Below are positions 8,672 through 18,032 of a stretch of 64,000 nt of DNA, piece after piece. Numbering within the stretch: position 1 is the first letter of the stretch; every line of letters begins with the position of its first letter. The stretch is from a virus (Duplodnaviria > Heunggongvirae > Uroviricota > Caudoviricetes), in IMG/VR virus record IMGVR_UViG_3300028549_001428, one strand, 5' to 3'. The notes below the pieces were generated by a model. The model ran no database searches. It was not told where the DNA came from and was given only the letters and a program-made list of their open reading frames with translations. The position numbers and the translations under genes were made by a program.

Positions 8672-9157
8672 TTATAATGATGTTATATGTTGCAATGGTT
8701 CTATGCCGTTATTCTTATTGAACTCACCATAATCTCTATTGTTTGCATCAATAGAATCATTTACTGCTTTCACTAGTAAATCATGTAGATACTCATCAAT
8801 GCTCTGTTTAATTGCATCAATGTTATTTTCGATATCTTCAAACGAATTTATCTCTACCTTATTATCCAACATACTACGCATTGGTCTATGATTATTTACA
8901 ATCATGTTTACTGGACCAAACATAATTTGTCGTTCAGCAGGTGCGCTTCTCACATTTGGATATTCCGCATACTTACCACAACGGAACATAGCATAACTAA
9001 TGTCAGCAATTTCACCATCTGGATTATTATCTGTGTGATTTGTTGGTGTTGACCAGTTAAAATAATATGGATATCCGAATATATCACTCAATTTTGAGCA
9101 ATACTTCATCATCTTTTCAATATCCGAAATTCTTCCGTTTTTATCAATAATTGGCAT
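8672..9157 (-). CDS. hypothetical protein
   Basis: Start trimmed to the internal Met (MPIIDKNG), which is preceded by SD aggag. The longer track ORF overlaps the promoter motif. Confidence 0.5.
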   Translation of the reverse strand: MPIIDKNGRISDIEKMMKYCSKLSDIFGYPYYFNWSTPTNHTDNNPDGEIADISYAMFRCGKYAEYPNVRSAPAERQIMFGPVNMIVNNHRPMRSMLDNKVEINSFEDIENNIDAIKQSIDEYLHDLLVKAVNDSIDANNRDYGEFNKNNGIEPLQHITSL

Positions 9158-9178
9158 AATATCTCCTATGTTACTTAA

Positions 9179-9188
9179 ATATAGCAAA
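9179..9188 (-). promoter_or_regulatory. extended -10 promoter TTTGCTATATT
   Basis: rc of atatagcaaa, upstream of the SD and ATG at 9157. Confidence 0.5.
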
Positions 9189-9211
9189 ATATTTAAGACT
9201 AAATGTACTTT

Positions 9212-9514
9212 TCATTCTTCTATTTCAATTTTAAAATGCTCAGTCTCTGACATATCTGGCTTTGGACCTCTGCTTCCTTTTCGCCTGTTGTTTTTATGAC
9301 CTTGCACGGGTTTAGGTCTTGTATCTACTACAGGTGGTTCCGATGTCTTAATCACTTTCCCTTTAAAGGATATGTTAATTTGTTGTGCATTGTATTTCTT
9401 CAATGCATCCATTAAATTCCAATATGCTCGTATGAATTGATTGTCATGTTGTAAACAATCAATCATTTCATTCGTTGCATAGAGTCTGTGATTTTTTAAT
9501 TCGGTATGTATCAT
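9212..9514 (-). CDS. hypothetical protein with basic C-terminus
   Basis: ORF with a K/R-rich tail. Confidence 0.45.
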   Translation of the reverse strand: MIHTELKNHRLYATNEMIDCLQHDNQFIRAYWNLMDALKKYNAQQINISFKGKVIKTSEPPVVDTRPKPVQGHKNNRRKGSRGPKPDMSETEHFKIEIEE

Positions 9515-9518
9515 AATT

Positions 9519-9827
9519 TTATATGCGTTTGAGATTAAACTGTTTCTTTAATTTAGCAAAATTTTCTTCACTTACAGGTTCGGTAAATATAGTTACTTTC
9601 CCATCATCTGACAATTCTATATCATCTTCGGTAACTTCTGCCCAATAATAGAAATCAAATTCTCTACTCATGACATCTTTGCCATCTTTGTATAGAATTG
9701 CTTTTTGCTTATTGTTACGCCAATCAATTACGGTAACTACATAAATTTCATCATCTTCATAATGAATTTCAGATACTGGATAAAGATCTTTATCCTTACC
9801 TCTCGAATCGTAAATTACAATATTCAT
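9519..9827 (-). CDS. hypothetical protein
   Basis: ORF in a packed block. Confidence 0.5.
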   Translation of the reverse strand: MNIVIYDSRGKDKDLYPVSEIHYEDDEIYVVTVIDWRNNKQKAILYKDGKDVMSREFDFYYWAEVTEDDIELSDDGKVTIFTEPVSEENFAKLKKQFNLKRI

Positions 9828-9828
9828 A

Positions 9829-10122
9829 TTAACCCTTTTTCTTACCTAAGAATATATTTATATCACCTTTTAACAATCTACCATGTATAAATATTATAAG
9901 TAGTGCATAAGTTCCCATAATATTAACTAACGGTATAATACCGTGGAATATTATTACAGGTTCTGGATTTTTTAACATTCCCAATTTCCATGCTAATACA
10001 TAATATAATGGCGAGAATATGAATACAGCTATTAATCCACCGCCAAGAATTTTACCCAGTAACGCAAATGGAATTATAACAGCGATTCCTAGAAATAATG
10101 ATGCTACTGCTTTAACCATCAT
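9829..10122 (-). CDS. small membrane protein
   Basis: Three predicted TM helices. Confidence 0.5.
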   Translation of the reverse strand: MMVKAVASLFLGIAVIIPFALLGKILGGGLIAVFIFSPLYYVLAWKLGMLKNPEPVIIFHGIIPLVNIMGTYALLIIFIHGRLLKGDINIFLGKKKG

Positions 10123-10315
10123 ATCGTCCTATAGTGATTTCATCATCTACGAATTCTTCTATGTGTTTAGAAGGATCAAAAAATACTTCTGATGCCCATC
10201 CACCCTGATCGTAATATCCTCTACCACTAGTATGTTCTACTACCCTAACAAAAGCATCTTGATTCTTTGTTTTCATTATTTCAATGAATTCTCTTACGGT
10301 TATTTTTTCACTCAT
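10112..10315 (-). CDS. hypothetical protein
   Basis: ORF in a packed block. Confidence 0.45.
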   Translation of the reverse strand: MSEKITVREFIEIMKTKNQDAFVRVVEHTSGRGYYDQGGWASEVFFDPSKHIEEFVDDEITIGRYDG

Positions 10316-10676
10316 AATTATTTATTTCTGCTCATATGTTTAATTATTTGTAAAGGCCAAACCCACGGACCAATCAAGCCACCTAGTCCATCACTTGGTT
10401 TAGGAGGTGTATTTGTTTTCGGTGACATTCTGTAGTAGTGTATATTGTACAGAGACACTATTACGCCTATTAAATAATATATAACTAAATATAGCATATT
10501 AATCCTTTATTAAATCAGTTTGTTTAGTTCGTTAATCAATATACTGGCTTGTTCTTTAGTTAAATGAGCCAGGGTTCTTGAGTTTCCTATTTCTATCTTG
10601 AGCAGAATTTTATTTTCTCTCCACTCCGAACATGATACCTTTGTGCCTAACATAGTAATAATTGGTGTGTTCATAA

Positions 10677-10964
10677 TTATTTATTTCGATTATTATTCTG
10701 AAGTATTTGTAATTGACGATTAAATTCTTTTCTTGCTGTCGTAATTGTCAATACACCTTGACTACCAATATTTATTATACTACGAGGATCTTGTTTATCA
10801 TATGCCATTATTAGATCAGCATCTCTATCTAATATAATATGGTATATATCATGTACTAAATTAACTGATATAGACGGCAACGACATTACATGTAATGATG
10901 GATCACCTGCACACCTACCATCACGATCAGTACGATTTATGTTAAATTTTATTTGTGTAATCAT
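10677..10964 (-). CDS. hypothetical protein
   Basis: ORF in a packed block. Confidence 0.45.
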   Translation of the reverse strand: MITQIKFNINRTDRDGRCAGDPSLHVMSLPSISVNLVHDIYHIILDRDADLIMAYDKQDPRSIINIGSQGVLTITTARKEFNRQLQILQNNNRNK

Positions 10965-11146
10965 ATATCAAATCGTTTTTGCATCAATTGTGGTGTGGGA
11001 ATAAATTGTTTATGTAACTCTCTACTCTTATCTTGTTCACTTGCAATAGTAGCATTAACCGTATCCCAATATTCATCAGAGTGAGGTTCAGTCACCGACT
11101 TGTAATATGCGTCTACTGCTTCGTTTAATGTTGAAGGTTCTATCAT
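10961..11146 (-). CDS. hypothetical protein
   Basis: Short ORF, ATGA-coupled to the previous gene. Confidence 0.4.
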   Translation of the reverse strand: MIEPSTLNEAVDAYYKSVTEPHSDEYWDTVNATIASEQDKSRELHKQFIPTPQLMQKRFDI

Positions 11147-11147
11147 A

Positions 11148-11645
11148 CTATAAATATTTTATTGTTGCTTTCTCTTTGGATTTTTTAGTTGTCCATTCTT
11201 TTCTATTTTTTGCGCACTCGATTTTATGCTTTTCTATTTCTTTAATAGCATCATCTTCGGATGTAAAATACTCAGCACTATCGTAATAGTTAGTAAAAGT
11301 AGCACCGAATACATTTTGAGTTTCGTATGTTTGTATTTTATATTTTACTGGTTTCCATACAGGGATAAATAACGCATTCAATGTTAGATAGTCAGCTTCG
11401 TGTATATGTCTGTATTTTGGATCTTTTACTATTCTATATTTTATATTGACTAGATCACGTAACTCAAGTCCTATATCAAGCATATAGAAAGCAGCAAACA
11501 TTATTAGTATTGTTCGTGACACTAGTATCAATAAAAAGTGCATATGAGCTGGTTTGGGTATTCCCCATAAACTGAATTGGAATGATATTATGAGTGCTAT
11601 GGCAATAGCTATTCCAGTCAATATATATTTAGTCAATTTATTCAT
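11148..11645 (-). CDS. membrane protein
   Basis: Two N-terminal TM helices; leaderless behind TTTGCTATATT. Confidence 0.55.
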   Translation of the reverse strand: MNKLTKYILTGIAIAIALIISFQFSLWGIPKPAHMHFLLILVSRTILIMFAAFYMLDIGLELRDLVNIKYRIVKDPKYRHIHEADYLTLNALFIPVWKPVKYKIQTYETQNVFGATFTNYYDSAEYFTSEDDAIKEIEKHKIECAKNRKEWTTKKSKEKATIKYL

Positions 11646-11652
11646 TCCATAA

Positions 11653-11662
11653 ATATAGCAAA
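11653..11662 (-). promoter_or_regulatory. extended -10 promoter TTTGCTATATT
   Basis: 7 nt to the ATG at 11645, preceded by the terminator at 11663-11690. Confidence 0.55.
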
Positions 11663-11690
11663 AAAGACCTCATTTTGAGGTCTTTTCATT
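11663..11690 (-). terminator. rho-independent terminator
   Basis: aaagacctcattttgaggtctttt hairpin. Confidence 0.6.
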
Positions 11691-11816
11691 TATTTTTGGA
11701 TGTTCGAATTCAAACCTCAATACCGACAACGCCAATTCAGGAGTTTGTAAGTTGTTTTTATCTAAAAAATATGTAATTTCTTTTGGTAGTTGTGACATGA
11801 TATTATCTCTTGTAGA

Positions 11817-13105
11817 TATTCGTGAACTACCCCTGAACTAAAGACTCAGGGGCTTCAAATGACATCGCTGACATTCTTTCTGCACTGGTTGCTAACGCAA
11901 TCCCATGTTTTGCAGACTTGGATTTCTGGGTGTTCCTATCTGACCCAGTATTTTTATTATCAATTGTGACAAACGAGAAATCTCGTATATTGATAGCAGC
12001 ATTAACATCCCTATCGTGGCATTCACCACAATTTGGACATGTCCATGTTCTATCAGACAACTTCAAATCGTGTTTTATGTAACCACATTTAGAACAGGTT
12101 TTTGAGCTTGGTTCAAATCTACCAATAGTTAGTATGTTACTTCCATACCATTCGCTTTTGTAGCGAAATTGTTGGAACAACATTCCCCAACCTGCATCTT
12201 GTATGTGTTTAGATAACTTACGATTTTTCATCATTTCTTTAACATTCAGGTCTTCAATGCAGATAGTTTGGTTCTCACGTATCAGTCGTGTTGAGACTTT
12301 ATGAATGAAATCTTTTCTTTGATTAGCTACACGTTCGTGTAGCAACTGTAATTTTAATTTTTGTTTCTCTGCGTTCTTAGATAATACATCACCTTTATTT
12401 TTCGATTTGATTTTTCTCGAAAATGAACGCTGAATACTAGCTAGTCTACGCTGACATGTAACAAAATGTCTTGGATTCTTTATTTCTTCACCATCACTTG
12501 TAACAATGAATGACTTTATACCTACATCAATACCAATAGCAGTTTCTTTATTGATCTCTGGCTTACTTGGTAACTCCGTTCCATCTTCTACGAGAATGGT
12601 TACGAAGTAACGACCAGCATTAGAACGCTTGATATGGCAAGTACGAATTTCACCTATGAATTGACGATGAAATACAGTCTTTATCGGTTCATTGAACTTC
12701 GGTAATTCGATGATACCTATATCGAAATTAACCGTTAGGTTTTTGGGAACCTCAAATGATTGTTTGGACTTACGATTCTTGAACTTAGGGAATCCACCCG
12801 ACTTAGCGAAGAACTTATTGTATGCGGTATCTAAGTGGATAAGCACAGCCTGTAGTGATTGTGAATTTACTTCTTTCAACCACTCAGTAGATTCCTGTTT
12901 CTTCAACTTCGGTAGATCGGCTTGTATATCATATCTAGATAATGTACCACTTGTCTGTTTGTAATGTGAAATCTTACGAGAAAGAGCATAGTTGTACATC
13001 CATCGACAATGACCAAAGTGCTTTGATAAAAGCGACTTCTGTTCATCGGTTGGATATATTCTGTATTCGTATGTCTTTTTCATCTCTACTATACAATATA
13101 GATTA
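11817..13105 (-). mobile_element. IS200/IS605-family tnpB-only element (family A, copy 1)
   Basis: TnpB ORF plus a right-end hairpin cccctgagtctttagttcagggg inside the last codons, followed by the conserved GGGTAGTTCAC end. The CCCCT-hairpin left end is not recognisable in this copy. Confidence 0.6.
11827..13083 (-). CDS. tnpB: TnpB (IS605 OrfB) RNA-guided nuclease, family A
   Basis: Has the YEYRIYPT N-terminus, RuvC-I GIDVGIKSF, RuvC-II CIEDLNV, zinc finger CSKCG...CPNCG, and RuvC-III HDRDVNAAINI. Length 418 aa. Confidence 0.9.
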   Translation of the reverse strand: MKKTYEYRIYPTDEQKSLLSKHFGHCRWMYNYALSRKISHYKQTSGTLSRYDIQADLPKLKKQESTEWLKEVNSQSLQAVLIHLDTAYNKFFAKSGGFPKFKNRKSKQSFEVPKNLTVNFDIGIIELPKFNEPIKTVFHRQFIGEIRTCHIKRSNAGRYFVTILVEDGTELPSKPEINKETAIGIDVGIKSFIVTSDGEEIKNPRHFVTCQRRLASIQRSFSRKIKSKNKGDVLSKNAEKQKLKLQLLHERVANQRKDFIHKVSTRLIRENQTICIEDLNVKEMMKNRKLSKHIQDAGWGMLFQQFRYKSEWYGSNILTIGRFEPSSKTCSKCGYIKHDLKLSDRTWTCPNCGECHDRDVNAAINIRDFSFVTIDNKNTGSDRNTQKSKSAKHGIALATSAERMSAMSFEAPESLVQG

Positions 13106-13194
13106 TATTTTGATTATTATATGAGAAAAATCAAAATATTTTCATGATAGTCATTCTAATCACCTATTTCTTCACTCATAATAATTAACTCCTA

Positions 13195-13590
13195 TTAATA
13201 ATAACATTTACTGGTCTGGCATTCTGTGATGTCATATACCTTATCAAATCCATTTCGATCAGTAAGTTGTAACGATAAGTTATCTGAATAATATCCATTA
13301 TTTTCAGCATAACCAGGAACTGAAACAGGATGTCCGTTGATAGGAATCAAACGGATACCATAATCTTCTACTCGTTCAAAAAAGTTATCATTGCTCAAAT
13401 CAAACGACAACCCATCAAAATCTGCTAGGCTTAAATCAGCAAATGAAAGATAATGGTTTTCACAACATGATTGATTATGATCCGAAAATAGAACCACACC
13501 ATTATCAAATTCAATTTCGTATGATTCTACTTTAACTACTTTAACATTGTTCATATGATCCTCAAACTTATTTAAATATTTTCTGCACAT
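13195..13590 (-). CDS. hypothetical protein
   Basis: ORF in a packed block. Confidence 0.5.
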   Translation of the reverse strand: MCRKYLNKFEDHMNNVKVVKVESYEIEFDNGVVLFSDHNQSCCENHYLSFADLSLADFDGLSFDLSNDNFFERVEDYGIRLIPINGHPVSVPGYAENNGYYSDNLSLQLTDRNGFDKVYDITECQTSKCYY

Positions 13591-13805
13591 GCACTTTTAC
13601 AGGAATTGCAACAATAACATAATGCAGTATTTTCCTTTATTTCTACTTGATATGCGCATGGACTCGGTTTTCCTATTGTATTTACACCACATACTGGACA
13701 TAGTTCGTCTTTGATATGCTTCCACTTCTTTCCGTTAAGATGTGGAAGTCCTTTGTCATGGTTACAATCGTGTTCACACATATTAGTAACAAACTTCGTA
13801 ATCAA
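13572..13805 (-). CDS. Cys-rich zinc-ribbon protein
   Basis: Multiple CxxC pairs. Confidence 0.45.
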   Translation of the reverse strand: MITKFVTNMCEHDCNHDKGLPHLNGKKWKHIKDELCPVCGVNTIGKPSPCAYQVEIKENTALCYCCNSCKSACAENI

Positions 13806-14013
13806 TGTCTTGCATTCCCATTTCCCTTAGACGATCCATCAGAGGACAGAGGAAATAATTGCGTGTTTTATCATCATATCGACCATGTACAGCAAAGATT
13901 GCTTTATACATAGAATTAGCAGTATCACACAATTCATCAGATGCTACCAAAATTTCTTGAATCACTTTCCACTCTTTCGGAGTGAATTGAATATGGTAGT
14001 TTTTGATATACAT
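13783..14013 (-). CDS. hypothetical protein
   Basis: ORF with a canonical promoter upstream. Confidence 0.45.
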   Translation of the reverse strand: MYIKNYHIQFTPKEWKVIQEILVASDELCDTANSMYKAIFAVHGRYDDKTRNYFLCPLMDRLREMGMQDIDYEVCY

Positions 14014-14038
14014 GTAAACTCCTTGCTTGATTTCTAAT

Positions 14039-14067
14039 AATATAGAAACTTACAAGTGGTTTGTCAA
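14039..14067 (-). promoter_or_regulatory. sigma70-type promoter TTGACA-N17-TATATT
   Basis: rc of aatata-N17-tgtcaa; SD aaggag before the ATG at 14013. Confidence 0.6.
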
Positions 14068-14083
14068 TGGGTATTTTCTAATA

Positions 14084-14317
14084 CTACTCGCTAAACCAAT
14101 GCTTACAATCCCACTTGTCTTTAGGTGGGACATAACCAACCAATTGGTTTGATTCCATGCATCGAAGAGAACTAGATACCGCAACTTGTGATACCTTTGC
14201 TATTACTGCTATCACTCTAGCATCCATCACATGATACTTTGTATAATTATGCAATATATGTAAAATTTTTAATTGAAATGCATTCATATTATCAATATTT
14301 TTGTATACGCTTAACAA
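14084..14317 (-). CDS. putative winged-helix DNA-binding protein
   Basis: Helix-turn-wing pattern ...ARVIAVIAKVSQVAVSSSLRCMESNQLVGYV; weak support. Confidence 0.35.
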   Translation of the reverse strand: MLSVYKNIDNMNAFQLKILHILHNYTKYHVMDARVIAVIAKVSQVAVSSSLRCMESNQLVGYVPPKDKWDCKHWFSE

Positions 14318-14369
14318 AACCGTAATATCTATCGGAAATTACAGGAACAAGATCGCCTGTAATTTCTGT

Positions 14370-14660
14370 TCATTTGTTACTAACAACATTGCACGTTAAT
14401 AGTTTTTTGAATACTATTGTTCTATTATCAACCTTAACTTCACTTACAGTTCCACCATATACACAACTTGGATTATCATCATATTTATCAACAGCTACTA
14501 TGGTGTCGCCTACTTGAATATCATCAAAATCTATATGAATAAAATCATATTTAGTTGATGGAAAATTTTCAATCAACTTATCAAATAATATGTTAATTCC
14601 TAATGTATAAAGGAAGTGTTTCAATACTACGTTAATAAATGTCATGATGTTTCCACCCAC
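14370..14660 (-). CDS. hypothetical protein
   Basis: ORF in a packed block. Confidence 0.45.
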   Translation of the reverse strand: MGGNIMTFINVVLKHFLYTLGINILFDKLIENFPSTKYDFIHIDFDDIQVGDTIVAVDKYDDNPSCVYGGTVSEVKVDNRTIVFKKLLTCNVVSNK

Positions 14661-15051
14661 CTAACCCTTTGATTCTGCTTTTTACAATTCGATCAGCAAA
14701 TCGTCTATGTGGAGCATCTTCATCCTCAACACATTCAAGGGTGTATACTTTGTCTGTCTTTAGTGGCTTTCCGTTGAATATTGGTGGCTTATCTAAGTCT
14801 AATGTTCCATCAACTTTTAAAAAGTCTGCATGAATTTCATCATTTTCCCACCATTTATTTTCTTCATACCACCTGTGAGTTCTACCATCAGGATACACAA
14901 ATTCAATACCCCATATTGCTTCGATATCTTCAATTGCAAAGAACCGATCCCCAATAGGATCTTCACCTACATCATACTCACCAATAGATTTTAAATATGA
15001 AACATACTTTTCGTATGGAAAGCTAATATAATAAGTATAGGTGTTTTTCAT
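14632..15051 (-). CDS. hypothetical protein
   Basis: ORF in a packed block. Confidence 0.5.
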   Translation of the reverse strand: MKNTYTYYISFPYEKYVSYLKSIGEYDVGEDPIGDRFFAIEDIEAIWGIEFVYPDGRTHRWYEENKWWENDEIHADFLKVDGTLDLDKPPIFNGKPLKTDKVYTLECVEDEDAPHRRFADRIVKSRIKGLGGWKHHDIY

Positions 15052-15067
15052 TAAATGACTCCGTTAT

Positions 15068-16472
15068 GTGTATCAATTACCTTTTTAACTGATTTCGTGA
15101 GAGAAATCCCCTAAATCTTTAGTTTAGGGGATGAATCGAACAATACAAATATACAAAAATCTAAGAAAAAATAAAAATATTTCTTAGATTATATAAACTA
15201 ATACTATGAAACGGACTTATGAGTATAGGATATATCCACGTTCTGACCAGAAAGTGCTTCTATCGAAGCATTTTGGTAGTGTTCGTTGGATGTATAATTA
15301 TGCATTGGGACGTAAGATAGAACATTACAAACAGACAAGTAAGACACTTTCTAGATATGAAATACAGGCAGAAATACCAGCAATGAAGAAAACTGAATCA
15401 ACGGCTTGGTTGAAAGAAGTGAATTCCCAGTCATTACAGGCTGTTTTGTTGAACATAGAAACTGCATATACAAAGTTCTTCAGTAAATCGGGAGGATTCC
15501 CGAAATTTAAGAACAAGAAATCAAAACAGTCATTTGAAATACCTACTAATCTAGAAGTTGATTTCGATAGTGGAACTATCGAAATCCCGAAGTTCAAGGA
15601 ACCAATCAGGACTGTATTTCATCGCAAGTTTGTAGGTGAAATACGAACCTGTCATATCAAGCGTTCCGCTTCTGGTAAATATTATGTCACTATTCTAGTG
15701 GATGATGGTAAGGAATTACCAGTAAAACCAGAGATAACAAAAGAAACTGCTATTGGTATTGATGTAGGTATCAAGTCATTTATCGTCACCAGTGAAGGTG
15801 AAGAAATATCTAATCCAAGACACTTTGTTACATGCCAGCGTAGGCTGGTATCTGTTCAACGTTCATTTTCGAGAAAAATCAAATCGAAGAAGAAAGGTGA
15901 TCCTTTATCACTAAACGCTGAAAAAGTAAAATTGAAACTGCAATTGCTCCATGAGCAAGTTGCTAACCAACGTAAAGATTTCATTCATAAAGTCTCAACT
16001 CGACTGATACGTGAGAACCAAACTATCTGTATTGAAGACCTGAATGTTAAAGGAATGCTCAAGAACCGTAAGTTATCTAAACACATCCAAGATGCTGGAT
16101 GGGGAATGTTATTCCAACAACTTCGCTATAAAAGCGAATGGTATGGAACTAATATCCTAACCATAGGCAGGTTCGAGCCTAGCTCGAAAACCTGCTCTAA
16201 ATGTGGTTACATAAAACACGATCTTATATTGAAAGATAGAACCTGGACTTGTCCGATTTGTGGTGAATGCCACGATAGAGATGTCAACGCTTCTATCAAC
16301 ATTAGAGATTTCTCTTTTGTCACTATTGATAATAAAAATACTGGGTCAATTAGGAACACCCAGAAATTAAAGCCTGTAAAATATGGGACTTCGTTAGAAG
16401 CCAGTGCAGGAAAAGCATCCGTGAGGACGCTTGAAGCCCTTGAGTCTTTAGCTCAAGGGTAGTTCACTAATA
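15068..16472 (+). mobile_element. IS200/IS605-family tnpB-only element (family A, copy 2)
   Basis: Left-end block atttcgtgagagaaatcccctaaatctttagtttagggg (about 15085-15133) is shared with copy 7. The right-end hairpin cccttgagtctttagctcaaggg lies inside the last codons, followed by GGGTAGTTCAC. Confidence 0.7.
15206..16462 (+). CDS. tnpB: TnpB (IS605 OrfB) RNA-guided nuclease, family A
   Basis: About 75% aa identity to 11827..13083, with the same motifs; in inverted orientation relative to copy 1. Confidence 0.9.
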   Translation: MKRTYEYRIYPRSDQKVLLSKHFGSVRWMYNYALGRKIEHYKQTSKTLSRYEIQAEIPAMKKTESTAWLKEVNSQSLQAVLLNIETAYTKFFSKSGGFPKFKNKKSKQSFEIPTNLEVDFDSGTIEIPKFKEPIRTVFHRKFVGEIRTCHIKRSASGKYYVTILVDDGKELPVKPEITKETAIGIDVGIKSFIVTSEGEEISNPRHFVTCQRRLVSVQRSFSRKIKSKKKGDPLSLNAEKVKLKLQLLHEQVANQRKDFIHKVSTRLIRENQTICIEDLNVKGMLKNRKLSKHIQDAGWGMLFQQLRYKSEWYGTNILTIGRFEPSSKTCSKCGYIKHDLILKDRTWTCPICGECHDRDVNASINIRDFSFVTIDNKNTGSIRNTQKLKPVKYGTSLEASAGKASVRTLEALESLAQG

Positions 16473-16735
16473 GACTCATTATACACAAATCCATCGGGAT
16501 GCTCGATGTGAAAGTCTCGTGCTTCTTTTGGTGTGCTAAATCTAACATCTTCCCAATACCATTGATCGTAGCCAGTTGTACACGAATCATGCTTAAATAC
16601 CAAGTACGCATTCCAACAGTAGTCAGAATGTATAAGTTTTTTAAGAAACCCTTTGATTCCTTTTTGTGGTGGAAGTCTAAAATATGGTGTAAAGCAACTC
16701 CCATTCATATCAACTTTATATTCTATATTTGACAT
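16448..16735 (-). CDS. hypothetical protein
   Basis: ORF overlapping the TnpB right end; weak. Confidence 0.3.
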   Translation of the reverse strand: MSNIEYKVDMNGSCFTPYFRLPPQKGIKGFLKKLIHSDYCWNAYLVFKHDSCTTGYDQWYWEDVRFSTPKEARDFHIEHPDGFVYNESISELPLS

Positions 16736-17685
16736 TACTTAATTCCAAAATATACATTCAATTTATTTCTTACATCATGTGAGTTACATGAGTCTATCAG
16801 TTTCTTAGTCAATTCCGTTTTTGATCGTTGTTCGATATTTATTCTATACATTACTGCTGGAATAAGAGCAAAATAACCATCTCTAAATAGAACATTATCA
16901 ATTCGGTAACTGCCTGTGACATCTTGTTCAGGTGGATTTAGCGAATACATTGATTCATGTGTATGCCCATCATGTATAGTAATCAAATAATAATGATCTG
17001 GAAATTGATTAATAATTTTCTCAAATTCAGTCTTTATTTTATTGTATTGATACTCAATGTAAGCAGCTTTCATTGGTCTAATTTGGCTTAATTTATCAGC
17101 CAAAACATTCTCATCATACTTAGCTAGTGATATTTCAATGCTTCGATTTGGTGCATTCGTATCTTGTGAAAAATCAAATTTGGTTGACTTAAATGTACTT
17201 CCATCACAAAAATTATTAACCTTATAAAACCATTCACTATATGTAGTAGATACATAATCACATACAGGTATATGTACTAGTGATTTACTGTATTGAATAT
17301 CAAACCTAGCTTTACCTGTCAGGTATTTTAAGTTTTTGCATATATTTATATAGTATTGAGCAGTTTCCCTACTTAAATCAATCGATTGTGAGTTATTACT
17401 GCTATAATCATAAATAGGTCCAACATATGTCAATGATCCCACTTTGAAACTATTCCCATTAATGGTAGAATAATTAGTTGGGATGGAAGATATATTAATG
17501 CGCACTGTGCTATCATTTAATGAATTTAGTTCATTAATAAATGATTCAAATTCTTCTTTTGTATAATTGCGCACAGGCGTTCTAAAATATACAGTATCAA
17601 CTGGTTTAACTTCTGTGTTAGATAAATTAACAGTTGGTTTAATTGATGGATGATTGTCTATAATCTGTTGTAACCATTTAAACAT
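16735..17685 (-). CDS. hypothetical protein (possible metallophosphoesterase-like HDGHTHE)
   Basis: 316-aa ORF. The ITIHDGHTHES motif is suggestive only. Confidence 0.45.
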   Translation of the reverse strand: MFKWLQQIIDNHPSIKPTVNLSNTEVKPVDTVYFRTPVRNYTKEEFESFINELNSLNDSTVRINISSIPTNYSTINGNSFKVGSLTYVGPIYDYSSNNSQSIDLSRETAQYYINICKNLKYLTGKARFDIQYSKSLVHIPVCDYVSTTYSEWFYKVNNFCDGSTFKSTKFDFSQDTNAPNRSIEISLAKYDENVLADKLSQIRPMKAAYIEYQYNKIKTEFEKIINQFPDHYYLITIHDGHTHESMYSLNPPEQDVTGSYRIDNVLFRDGYFALIPAVMYRINIEQRSKTELTKKLIDSCNSHDVRNKLNVYFGIK

Positions 17686-17706
17686 AACATTTCCTTGATA
17701 TATAAT

Positions 17707-17973
17707 TTACAGCGTGTATCCGCACTCATCCATCTTATTTCCGAATTCATCCTCAATATCAAATCCTCTCATTGGTGTTACACCAGTGACTTTGACTTTG
17801 GTTCCTTTTTCAAACGTACCTGCGCATGATTTATGTTCTGTAGTTAAAATTACCCAGTCACCAACGTTGGGGGCTATGTTTTTAATAGAAGCATCTGCCC
17901 ATGTTTCCAGACCCATTTTATCAAACAATGCCTTTTTATGTTTCAATAATGATATCAAAGTTAGCTGCGCCAC
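17707..17973 (-). CDS. hypothetical protein
   Basis: ORF in a packed block. Confidence 0.4.
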   Translation of the reverse strand: MAQLTLISLLKHKKALFDKMGLETWADASIKNIAPNVGDWVILTTEHKSCAGTFEKGTKVKVTGVTPMRGFDIEDEFGNKMDECGYTL

Positions 17974-18032
17974 CGCCTAGAACCCACATGTATGAGATGC
18001 GTGTATTCAGGTGGTGTCAGCTACACCGTCTG

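Noticed and set aside
9705-9890. Small plus-strand ORFs in the minus-strand block (9705..9890, 10232..10435, 13716..13913, 16499..16732, 17714..18086, 21321..21602, 23183..23437, 24289..24522)
   Set aside because: They are antisense to better-supported genes, with no promoter or SD context.
11690-11760. tRNA-like GTTCGAAT box (gatgttcgaattcaaacc)
   Set aside because: The flanking bases do not form a T-stem or acceptor stem. The region is instead the 3' end of a plausible 43-aa minus-strand ORF (11670..11799).
12692-12964. 90-aa ORFs antisense inside both family-A tnpB genes (12692..12964 plus strand and 15325..15597 minus strand), conserved between the two copies
   Set aside because: Their conservation is explained by the conserved tnpB coding sequence on the opposite strand. 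There are no start signals, and the proteins are low-complexity. Treated as frame artefacts.
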